Shown here piece after piece: positions 43,606-53,478 of a stretch of 64,000 nt of DNA (position 1 is the stretch's first letter; each line of letters starts with the position of its first letter). This stretch comes from Scenedesmus sp. PABB004 (taxonomy: Eukaryota): assembly GCA_014905635.1 (NCBI GenBank), contig JABVCE010000028.1, forward strand, positions 372,001-436,000, given 5' to 3'. The translations under genes were made by a program, and so were the position numbers. The notes below the pieces were generated by a model, which saw nothing but the letters and a program-made list of their open reading frames with translations, was not told the DNA's origin and ran no database searches.

Positions 43606-44082
43606 CGCGGGAGGGCAGCGCGGGGCTGCTGGGCACGGTCGCGGAGCCAGCTCGCTGAGGTGTGGCGGTCGGGAGCGGCGCTCGCTGCGGCCCGCTCAGA
43701 GCCTGGGCAGCGCGGCAGGCGCGCGCCGCGCGTCACACTAACGGCGGCGGCCGCGGCGGGGGGGCGGCCGGCGTGTGCGCGCGGCGGCGCCGGCGCTGCG
43801 CGGCCGCCGCTCCCGCGGCGTGGCAGGTACTGGGGAGGGCGCAGCCGGCGCGTGGCGGCCGCACGGCGGCGCGGGCGCGAGGCGCGCGCCTTGACCGGCC
43901 GGCCCTGTCCGCCCGCCGCGGGCAGCGGGCGGCGCCGTGGGGCGGCCCTGCGCCGTCAGAGGGCCGTTCAAACAACGTCTACACCACCAAAATGTGCCGC
44001 TGGTGAGGATCGAACTCACAACCTCCCGCTTACGAAGCGGACGCGCTAGCCATTGCGCCACAGCGGCGCTCGGTGACTTCCG
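43112..44082 (-). repeat. Left arm of a ~0.95-kb inverted duplication (partner 48521-50011)
   Basis: The reverse complement is near-identical to 48521-50011 once the insertion, a 35-bp tandem duplication (43218-43287) and poly-G/C length are allowed for. Confidence 0.95.
43995..44067 (-). tRNA. trnT-CGU: tRNA-Thr(CGT)
   Basis: 73 nt: acceptor GCCGCTG/CAGCGGC-A, D arm GCGC-AATGGCTA-GCGC, anticodon arm TCCGC-TTCGTAA-GCGGG, T arm GTGAG-TTCGATC-CTCAC, followed by TTTT. Confidence 0.96.
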
Positions 44083-44469
44083 GCGCGTGGCGCCGTCGCG
44101 GGCTCTGTTACAGACAGAGGCCCCGCGCCGCGGCACGCGCGCCGGCAATCCAGACAGCACCGTCAAAAACACGTACACGCGCGCCGCCACGGCCTCGCAG
44201 CGCCGACCGACGCGCAACGTTGCGTTCGCGCAACGAGGCCCCTGGCCGGCGGGCCCCACAAAAACGATCAGGCGCCGCCAGCGCGCGCATGCGCTTGCGC
44301 TGGCGGCAGCAGGGAGCCTCCGATGCCCCGGCCCGCAGTGCGGCGCCGTCGCCGCCCCGAGCGGGGCTCGCACAAGGCAAGGCGGCCACCGCCGCCGCAC
44401 GCCCACTCGTGGTTTGTCCGCACACATGCACGACCGCCCAGTGTGCCAACCCAGCAGCGGGCGGGGCCC

Positions 44470-46370
44470 TCACCGCTTGCCGTTGCCGTTGCCGCCGCCA
44501 CCCAAGAGGCTGCCCCACAGCCCGCCGCCGCTGGGCGGCGGCGGCGGCGGCGGCGGCGGCGACGCGCTCGGCGGCCGCGGCGGCTGGCTGCTCGGCACGG
44601 ACGCGGGCCCCGCAGGCGGCGGCGGGCCCGCGCTTGGCGGCGCCGGCGCGGCGGGCACCGGCGCGGCGGGCTTGGCGCCGGCGGCGGGCCCGGGCCCGGC
44701 GACCGCGGCGGCTGGCGCGGCGGGGCCGCGGCCGGCGCTGCAGCGGGGCCGGGCTTGGCGCCAAAGCCGCCAAAGCCCGCGCCCGGCGGCGGCGCGGCGC
44801 TGCGTGCCGGCGCCGCCTTGGGCTTGGGCTTGGGCGGCGGCGGCGGCGGCGCGTCGAGCGAGTCCAGCGCGTCATCGATGCTGTTCTCCAGGCTGCTGCT
44901 GCGGCTGCGCGGCTCCAGGCCCTGCTGCATCAGCTCCTCGTCCCTGCGGCGCGGCGGGCGGCGCTCAGCGCAGCGCGGCCCGCGCGCGCGGTCGCCGCCC
45001 GCCGGCGCGCGTGCGCGCGGCGGGCGTGCCGCAGCGCGCCGCGGGGCGCTCACTGGCGCATGTCCTGGACGAGCGTGTCGCTGAGCTTCTGCATCTGCAC
45101 TAGCTGCATGAAGACATCCTCGTCGGCGGCGCTCAGCGGCACGGCCGACGAGCCTGCTGCACGGCGGCGGCAGCGGCAGCGGCAGCGGTGGCGGCGGCGG
45201 CGGCGTGTCGGCGCGGCGCGTCGCGTCGCGCCGCCCGGCGCCGCGCCGCGCCCGCGCCGCACCCTGCAGGCTCTGGCTCCAGCTGCTGCTCTGCAGCAGC
45301 TCCAGCGCGTGCTCCACGTCGCCGTCGCCCGCGGTGTCCATGCTCGACTTGAGGGCCATGAGGCTGGCCATGAAGGAGTGCAGCTGGCGCTTGGTGCCCT
45401 GCATCTCCGCCTGGATGTCGCTGAGCTCCTGGCGCAGCTTCGCGCGCTCGCGCACGCCGCTCGCCGCGAGCTCGTAGAGCTGCGCGATCTGCATGTCCTT
45501 TGTCTGCACCACGTTGTTGTACGCGCTCTTGCCCTTGAACATCACGTCCTGCGTCTCCGCCAGCGCCGCGCGCAGCGACGTGATCTCCTCGCGCTGCGCC
45601 CTGCGCGGCGGAGCGGCGGCGGCGCGCGCGCGCGCGCGGGCGGGGGCGGCGCCGTCAGCGGCCGGCGCTGCGCGGCGCGCGGCGCGACGAAAGGCGGCGG
45701 CGCCGCGCGCTGCCGCCGCCCGGCGGCGCGCGCCGGCGCCCTCACTGGATGATCGCCGCCTGCTCGCGCGCCTCGCTCTTGGTGATGCCGGCCTTTTGGA
45801 GCTGCACGCTGTCGTTGGTGGAGATGAGCTCCGCGGGCGCCGAGAGCGGGTCGTCGACCTCGATCACGCGCGGCGGCTGCCCGTCCGGCGGGCCCGCCAC
45901 CGTGAGCCGCACCATGCGCCGCTGCTGCTGCTGCTGCTGCTGCTCCGCCTGCGGCGCGCGCGCGTGCGGGCGGCGCGGCGCGGTCGGGCGCGGCGCGGTC
46001 GCTGCTCGCTGCTGCCGCCGCCGCCCCCGCGGCCCCGCGGTGCGCGCAGCTGCTGCTGCTGGCGCTGCGGCGAGCGAGATCGTGCCGGGGCGCACGCCCG
46101 GCGCGTCCAGCACCCGCCAGCGCGCAGGGCTGGGCGGCGAGGGCCGCATCCCCAACGCCAGCCCGCCCACCTGCACGCGGACGCGCAGGCGCCTCCGGGG
46201 CGCCGCCAGCCTGGAGACGGCATCGGGGCCGAGCCGGGGCGGGGCCCCGGCGGCCGCCCGGCGAGCCTGCGGGACGAGGGCACCGGCGGAGCTCGCAGCG
46301 CTCAGCCCGGCACCCGCGCGCCTCGCCCCGCTGCGCAGGCCCGCCACCTGCGCGTGGCCCGCACCTGCAT
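44470..46370 (-). CDS. Coiled-coil protein of unknown function with a Pro-rich tail, possibly plastid-targeted
   Basis: Exons MVRLTVAGPPDGQPPRVIEVDD..EAREQAAIIQ|AQREEITSLRAALAETQDVMFKGKSAYNNVVQTKDMQIAQLYE..|DEDVFMQLVQMQKLSD splice in frame. The 5' end and a frameshift near 44720 are uncertain. Confidence 0.6.
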
Positions 46371-46679
46371 GCCGCCCGGCGCGCGGGGGCGCGGGCGAGG
46401 GCGAGTTTGCGGGCCGAGAGCGTTGGGGGCTATCCGGGCGCGACACGGCCCCCAGGCCACCGGGACGGCGTCGGGAGTGGCGGATCGGGGCAGCGGCGGC
46501 GGCGGCGGAGGCGGTGCGGGCGGCGGCGCAGCAGCGGCGCAGCCGCGCCAAGCCCTGCGCTCCGACGGCCGCGTTCACAGCTGCCGCCGCCACTCCGCGA
46601 CCTCGGCCGGCCGGGCAGCGGGCGCTCTCTCCCGCCGCCGCGGCGCGCCGCAGCTCGCCCAATCGAACGGCCGGCGCCG

Positions 46680-48163
46680 ATGCACGGCACGGAGGACGGC
46701 GCCGCCGCGCCGCCGCGTGGCGCCCGCCAGCCCGCGGCCCGGGCGCGGGCGCCCTTCAAGCCGCCCGGCGCGGCGCCCGGGGCCGCCCCGACGCCGGCGC
46801 TGCTTGCGCCGGCGCTGCTTGCGCCGGCGCCACGCTGCGCCAGCAGCAGCCCGGGACGCGGCGCGCCGCTCGCGCGCGGCGGGGGCGCGCCGGCCGGCGC
46901 GCCTGCGCGCTCGTTCCGGCCGCCGCTGCGCGCGCCCGCGGTCGCCGGCGGGGGCCTCGCCGCTGCTGATGCATGCAAACCGGCGTCAGCGGCGGACCCC
47001 GCAGCGCGGCGCCCGCCAGTCATGCTGCCGGCGCTGCAGGCGAAGCGCCGCAGGCTGGCAGTGCCCCCGGCGGAGCCGGCTGGGTGCCGCGTGGACACCA
47101 GGCCGGGCAGCTTCGCCGCCGCCCCGCCGCCGCCGGCGCAGGGCCGGGCCGCCGGCGGCGGCGCGCAGGCAGCGCCTGCGCCGGCGCAGCCAGAGGCGAC
47201 CGAGGCGCCGGCGTCGCAGGCAGGGGCGCCGGCGCCGCCGCCGCCAGCCGCGCGGCCTCCGCCGCCGGCCGGCCCCGCAGGAGCAGAAGCGGCGCTGCCC
47301 GCGCCAGCAGCGCCAGCAGCGCCGAGCGGCGGCCCGCCGGGGCTGAGCCCCGCCCGCGGCGGCGCTGCGGCTGCCAGCCCAGCCAGCGCCGCGCGCGCAG
47401 GGCGCGGCGGGGCCGCTCCCTGCGAGGCGCCGCCGTCGCCGCCGCCACCGCCGCCGTCGCCGCGGCGGGGCGTGGGGCAGCTGCAGCTCACGCCGCCCGA
47501 CGCCGCGCAGCTGCCGCCCGTCTGGGCCGAGCGCGCGGCGCGGCGCGCGCTGCCCGGCCTGGCCGAGCTCGCGGGTGAGCTCCGCCGCCGCCGCCGCCGC
47601 GCTGCGCTCGGCGCCGCCGGGCGCGGGCCCGTGGACCAGCCAGCGCGCCCGCTGCTCACACCCGCCGACCCCCTCCGCCTGCCGCTCTCTGCCCCTGGCG
47701 CCGCGCAGCCAAGCTGCCGCGGATGCGGCCGCCCGACGAGGGCCCAGCCGCGGCGTCGCTGCTGCCGCCACTGCCGCCGGCCACGACGGCGGCCGCGCAG
47801 CAGGCGGTGCGGGCGCTGCTGCCGCGCAGCCTGGCCGGCGGCGCCGGCGGTGCCGGCGGTGCCCGCAGCAGCAGCAGCGGCAGCGGCAGCGCTTTGGCCC
47901 AGCTCGGCCCCGACGCGCTGCTCCGGCGCCTGCTGGCGCCGGGCGGCAGCTGCCAGGCGGGCGAGGCGGGCTGGCGCGCGCTGCCGGAGCAGCGCGTGGC
48001 GGCTGTGGAGGTGGCGCCCGCGCCGCTCGTGGCCGGCAGCCGCTGCGGCGCGGCCAGCTCGCCCGGGCCGCTGCCGGTCGCGCTGACGGCGCCGGTGGTG
48101 GAGCTGGGTGACGACGAGGGGCTGTTCGCGAGCCTGGCCAGGCTCACGGCGCTGGTGGAGTGA
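46680..48163 (+). CDS. Low-complexity Pro/Ala-rich protein of unknown function
   Basis: ATG 46680, donor GTGAGC at 47575, terminal exon ..LGPDALLRRLL..GLFASLARLTALVE*, and a TGTAA polyadenylation signal near 48240. Confidence 0.5.
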
Positions 48164-48340
48164 CGGCGCGCAGCGCGGCACTCGCAACGCTGCGGCGCGG
48201 CAGAGCTGGCGGGGGGCGCGCACGCGTGGCGCTCTGGCATGTAAATGCAAAGCTGCCCAGGGCGCCGGTGCACTCGGCCACCGCCGCTGCCCGAGCGCCG
48301 TGTGCCCAGCGTGCGCGACCCCGCCACCGCCGTTGCGCAG

Positions 48341-48520
48341 TAGTTTGTTCATTTCATGTTCCTTTTGTGAAAATTGTGTTATTTTTCGCTAAAAAGCGGC
48401 CAGCCGAGAAATTTTCAAAACTTGCCCCGAACTTTTTGCAACCCTTTCCAGGACCAAAAAATGCGTCCTCGGCCAATCTTCATCTTTGCAGTGTGCTGTT
48501 TATATTTGTCCGCTTCAAAG
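48341..48520 (+). promoter_or_regulatory. AT-rich upstream flank of the tRNA with a TATA-like element
   Basis: Abrupt AT-rich island; TTTATATTT about 30-38 nt before the tRNA 5' end, the usual position for plant and algal Pol III upstream elements. Confidence 0.6.
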
Positions 48521-48535
48521 CGGAAGTCACCGAGC

Positions 48536-48608
48536 GCCGCTGTGGCGCAATGGCTAGCGCGTCCGCTTCGTAAGCGGGAGGTTGTGAGTTCGATCCTCAC
48601 CAGCGGCA
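48536..48608 (+). tRNA. trnT-CGU: tRNA-Thr(CGT), identical to the copy at 43995-44067
   Basis: Same cloverleaf; TTTT terminator at 48611-48614. Confidence 0.97.
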
Positions 48609-48646
48609 CATTTTGGTGGTGTAGACGTTGTTTGAACGGCCCTCTG

Positions 48647-49169
48647 TGGCCTGGATTTTTCTGCAAGTGCGGGAGCGTGCCTTGCCCTTTGACGTGGCCC
48701 GAGACGTAGTCAGGCGGGCGGCAGTGAGTGCGTTTTGGGAGGCGCTGGCCGACTTTGCGGCGACCGCTTACGTGCCCCGCGCTGCCCGTACGCCCGACCT
48801 GACGGGCCAGCCCTTTCTGGCTTGGTGCACTCCCCGCGTCGCGGGGAGTGGCTTGGTTGTTATTCGGCGATGAGGATGGTGGCATTCTCCCAGCACTCCC
48901 GCGCGCGCGGGTTGCGCGCTCGCGGGCACGCGCGACCCGCGGTCACCGGCTGCCGCCGACACTGAAATACTGCTACTGCCCAGCAGCGAGCGATCGGTCA
49001 AGGTGTGTGCGCGGAGACAGCACTGAGTGTGTGCAGGTGACGCTTTTGGGCGTGAGCGTGGCCACGGGCGGCAGCTGCGCGTGAGTGACTGACTATACCA
49101 AAGTGATGGGGTCCGTGTTTGCGCCGTAGGCGCTTGTTCACCCCTGGTAACGCCCTTCTTCCAAAAACA
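48647..49169 (+). mobile_element. 5'-truncated non-LTR retrotransposon (L1/Tx1-like ORF2 C-terminus + 3'UTR), 523 bp, 13-bp TSD
   Basis: Flanked by GAACGGCCCTCTG at 48634-48646 and 49170-49182; absent from the paralogous arm; no TIRs or LTRs; open frame ..RRAAVSAFWEALADFAA..GQPFLAW..LVVIRR* (stop 48873); ends CCAAAAACA. Confidence 0.8.
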
Positions 49170-49552
49170 GAACGGCCCTCTGACGGCGCAGGGCCGCCCC
49201 ACGGCGCCGCCCGCTGCCCGCGGCGGGCGGACAGGGCCGGCCGGTCAAGGCGCGCGCCTCGCGCCCGCGCCGCCGTGCGGCCGCCACGCGCCGGCTGCGC
49301 CCTCCCCAGTACCTGCCACGCCGCGGGAGCGGCGGCCGCGCAGCGCCGGCGCCGCCGCGCGCACACGCCGGCCGCCCCCCCCCCCCCCCCCCCCCCCCCC
49401 CCGCGCGCCGCCGCCGTTCGTGTGACGCGCGGCGCGCGCCTGCCGCGCTGCCCAGGCTCTGAGCGGGCCGCAGCGAGCGCCGCTCCCGACCGCCACACCT
49501 CAGCGAGCTGGCTCCGCGACCGTGCCCAGCAGCCCCGCGCTGCCCTCCCGCG

Positions 49553-50011
49553 ATGGCGCGGCTGGCGGTGAGTGCCGCCGCCGCCGCTGCTGGTGGCGCG
49601 CGGTGTGCCGCTCGCGCCGCCGCGGGGAAGCGCGCCCTGGTCGCGCTGCGTCGGGCGTGGATCGCGGCCGCAGCGGGACGAGCGGCCTGCCGCGCGCTGA
49701 CGGGCGAGCGCTTTCCGACAGCATCTCGCGAAGCACCGCGCCCCGCCCTCACTGCTGCCCCGCCTGCCCCGCCCGCAACGGCCCGTGCGACGGCGCCAAA
49801 TAAACCAGCCCCGTGCGCTGGCGCTGGCACTCCTGGTCGCGGCGGCGGCGCACGGTGCGCGCGCGCGGCCGCTGGCTGGGCGCCGCCGCAGCTTCGCGCC
49901 AGGCCGGGCGGCGGCGCTGGGCCGGCGCCAGGCAAGCAACGCCCCGGCTGCTCCAGCAGCACGAGCCCACGCGCCAGGGGCCGCCGCCGCCACCGCCGCA
50001 GGAGCCGCCGC
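49553..50011 (+). pseudogene. Truncated 5' copy of the Cys/Val-rich secreted protein gene
   Basis: Same MARLA|..ALALALLVAAAAHG..ASNAPAAP sequence as the 43605 gene; homology stops at 50011, where it meets the ELYS-like 3' end. Confidence 0.75.
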
Positions 50012-50053
50012 ACCGGCAACCGCCACCGCACCTGCCAAGCGGCGAGGCGCAGC

Positions 50054-53037
50054 TCAGCGGGCGCCCGGCTGGAAGCGGTTGGGCGTCTGCCGCTGCCGCT
50101 TGCTGCTGCGCCGCCCGGGCGTGCCGGCGTCGCCGACCGCGTCCGTGCTGCTCGTGGGCGGCGGCGGCGGCGTGACGGGCGGCGGCGCCGCGGCGCGGCC
50201 GCCGCGGCCGCCACGCGCGCCGCGCGCCGGCGTGGCGCCGCCGCCGCCGCCGCCGCCGAGGCCCAGGACCTCCCTGCCAAACTCCTCCTCGCTCATCATC
50301 AGCCCCAGCCCCGCGGGCGTGTCGGCGGCGCCCGCGTCGTCGCCGCCGCCAAACAGCGCGCCGCCGCCGGGCGCGCCAAAGAGCAGCGGCACGTAGTCGG
50401 TGCCGCGCCCCGGCGCGTCGAGCGGCACCGCGCCGGGGCCCGCCTCGGCGCGCACCTCGGCGCCAAACAGCGAGCCCGCCGGCGCCCACGCGCCGGCGGC
50501 GGGCGCCGCCGGCGGCGCGGCGCCCGCGGCGCCCAGCGGCGGCGGCGGCGCGTCCGCGTCCATCGCCGCCGCGCCGCCCGCCGCGGCGGCGCCGTCGCCG
50601 CCGTCGCGCGCCGCCGCGGCGGCCTCCGCGAGCGCCTCTGCGCCTGGGCCAGCGACGAGGGGGCCCATGAACACCGGGGGCTCCACCCCGCGCTGGCTGA
50701 GCGTGGCCGCCGCCGGCTGCGCGCCGCCGCCCTCCTGGCCGGCCAGGCCGGACAGCACCGGCCGCGGCGCGGCGCCGCCGGGCCCGCCACGGCCGCGTCG
50801 CGCAGCGCCGGCGGCAGCGCCGCGGCGGCGGCCGACATGAGCGTGTGCAGCTGGCGCTGGAGCAGCGCGCCGTCGCGGCCGTCGGCGCCGCCGCCGGCCG
50901 GGCTTGCGACCCACTCGCCGTAGCTTGCCAGGGCCTCCAGGCTGCGCCCGCGCTGCGCGCGCAGGGGGGCAGCGACGGCGGCGGCGGCGGCGGTCAGCGC
51001 GCGTCGCGCTGCGCGGCAGCGCCGCCGCCAGCAGCCAGCCGGCCAGGGCGGCGCCCCGTGGCGCACCTGCAGATAGAACAGGGCCAGCGCGTGCCCGCCC
51101 GGCTCCCCGGCCGCGAGGCGGCCCCGGAACCACGCGACCAGCGCCGCCTCCTCGGCGGCGTCCCACGGCAGCTGGCAGAGCTGCTGCAGCCGCGCCGCGC
51201 CCGGCGCGCCGCCCCGCCCGGCCGCCTCGTCCGGCTCGGCCGCCCACGCGGCCAGCTGGTGCGTGAGCGCCTGCACGTGCGCCCAGCGCTGGCCGGGCGG
51301 CACCTGGGACCGGCAACGACGGGGCGGGCGGGCGGGCGTGGGCGAGCGGGCGGGGCGCACAGGCCGCGCCGCGCGAGGCTGCGCCGCCCCTGACCGCGCC
51401 GCCCAGTCGCGCGCACCCGGCCGCAGTGCCGCCGCAGCTCCGAGAACGCCTCCGCGAGCAGGCCGCAGCCGAGCTGCACGTTCAGCAGCACCTGCATCTC
51501 CGCGAGGCTCACCCCGCCGGCGCCGCCCGCGAGCGCGCCCGCCGACGCCGCGCAGCGCGCGCGCTGCACCGCCAGCGCGGTCGCGGGCCGCCCGGCCGCC
51601 AGCAGGGCTTCGACAAACCTGCGCGGCCGGGCCGGGCGGCGGCGTCTGGCGCCGCCGGCGGCCCCCGTCTGGCGCCGCCGGCAGCCCCGCGGCGCCTGAC
51701 CCTGCCCTGCCGTGCCGCACCTGAAGGGCGTGGCGGGGCCCGAGATTGCGCAGAGCAGCCCACACGCGGCGTCCAACGCGCCGCCGCCGTCGGCGCCCTC
51801 CGCCGCGGCGGCGTCCATGAGCTGCGCGGCCTCCCACTGCTGCGCCGTCGTGAGCGGCAGCTGCAGGCCCTGCGGCGCCGGCGCGGGCGGCGGACGCCGG
51901 CGCGGCCCTGAGCGCCCGCCGCGCCCGCGCCCTGGGCCAGGGCCGCGCGGCGCGCGCGGCGCGCGCCGTGGGACCGCCGGGGCCGTGCCCCGCGCGCAGG
52001 CGCGCGCGCGGGCGCGCGCCTGCGCGAGCGGCGCGCAGCTCTCCAGCCAGCCGCCGTCGAGCAAAAAGTAGGCGAGCACGGCGAGCTTGGCGGCCCACGC
52101 CTCGGCGCCGCCGGCGCCGCGCGCAAAGAGCCAGTCGAGCGCGGAGAGCACGTCGGGGAAGGGGTAGGCCAGGCCGCCCTGCCCGGGGCTGACCGCGGCG
52201 AGCGAGTCGAGCAAGTCATCCAGGAAGAGCCGGGCGCCGGGCAGGCGGCGCCGCGCGGCCGCGAGGCCCGCCGCCCAGTCGGCGGCGGCGGCGCCGCCGC
52301 GGCGCGGCGCGCGCGCGAGCGGGCGCCGGGCGCCGGCCGGCCGCGCGAGCAGCGGCGCCTGGCCGGGGCGCTGCTCCTGGAGCTGCTCCAGCAGCTGCAG
52401 CACGCGCGCCGCCTGCTGCAGCAGCTGCAGGCGCTCGGCCAGCGCCTGCGCCGCGGGCTGGCTGCGGGGCGGGTCGGCGCGGGGCGCGGCGGGGAGAGGG
52501 CGACGGGATCAGCGCGGCGTGGTCGCAGCCGCGGCTGCGGCGACCGCCGGGGCCGCCCCCTCTGCGCCAGCCCGCGCCGCCGCCGCCCCCGCACCTGGGG
52601 CCGCCGGCGGCCGCGACCGCGCGCGCGATCGCGAGCAGCGTGGACGTGGCGTGCTCCAGCTCGGCCGCAAACTCGGCGCCCTGCGCCGCGCCGGCGAAGA
52701 GCGCGTCGACGCGGCGCTGCAGGCCCTCGACCGCGCCCTCCGCCCACGCGAGCACGCCGCCCGGCGCGAGCAGCGCGGCCTCCTCGGGGCAGGCCGACGT
52801 CACGCCCTCGTCGGCGCAGACACAGGCGACCCAGTCACAGATCCACGACCCGAGCCGCGCGTCCAGCGCCGCGCTCAGCAGCGCGTGCAGCTGGCCCGCC
52901 AGGCCGCCGTCGGCGCCCGCCGCCAGGCCCAGGCGGCCGCACAGGGACGCGAGCCAGGAGCGCAGCGGCTCGCCCGCCCGCAGGCCCGACAGCGGGACGT
53001 CCACCAGCGCCGCCTGCAGGCGCAGCGCCGCCGCCAT
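50054..53037 (-). CDS. ELYS/HOS1-like nucleoporin-domain protein
   Basis: LFLDDLL..AYPFPDVLSALDWLF..AKLAVLAYFLLD, ALLAAGRPATALAVQRA, LGCGLLAEAF, LCQLPWDAAEEAALVAW and LALFYLQRGRSLEA resemble the ELYS domain of plant HOS1. Confidence 0.7.
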
Positions 53038-53478
53038 CTCGGCGGCACAAGCGCGCCGCCGCTGCTGCTCGCCGCGCGCGCGCGCCCGCTGGCGGGGTGC
53101 CCGGCTTTTGGCGGGCTGCAAGTCCCCCTGGCGCGTGGATCGCGCGTGGATCGGCGACCGGGCGAGCGGGACGCGTGGATCGGCGACCGGGCGAGCAGCC
53201 GCCGCACGGCAGCAGCGGCTGCTGAAGCGGGTGCGGCGGGCGCTGATCGCAGCGGCTGCTCTCTCCGCGCGGTGTCCTGCGTCGCTGCCGCGTGGCCGCG
53301 GAGCGATCGGAAGAAATGCCAGGCCGGCGGGCGGCGGGGCAGCAGACAACCGCCGCGGCACAGCGCGGCACAACCGCCCGCACGTCGAAGTTTCACGTCA
53401 GGCTGCCGCACCACGAAAAACGGCCCCTCCCCTCGCTCAGCAGTGTGCTCGGCAGCGGCCCCTGCTCCGGGACGTCGC

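Larger units (their letters stand above)
48521..50011 (+). repeat. Right arm of the inverted duplication (tRNA + LINE fragment + 5' copy of the Cys-rich gene)
   Basis: Matches the reverse complement of 43112-44082 from CGGAAGTCACCGAGC to GGAGCCGCCGC. Confidence 0.95.

Noticed and set aside
40262..43741. Very long Arg/Ala/Pro/Gly-rich ORFs (e.g. 1159 aa, 905 aa, 784 aa)
   Set aside because: Stop codons are rare at this GC content; these are antisense or off-frame shadows of real spliced genes.
44083..48520. The inverted arms as terminal inverted repeats of a DNA transposon or a prophage att pair
   Set aside because: No transposase or integrase, no outer TSD, and the arms consist of host gene plus tRNA sequence.
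48536..49169. tRNA head plus LINE tail as a SINE
   Set aside because: The TSD brackets only the insert, not the tRNA, and a TTTT terminator separates them, although read-through could seed a SINE.
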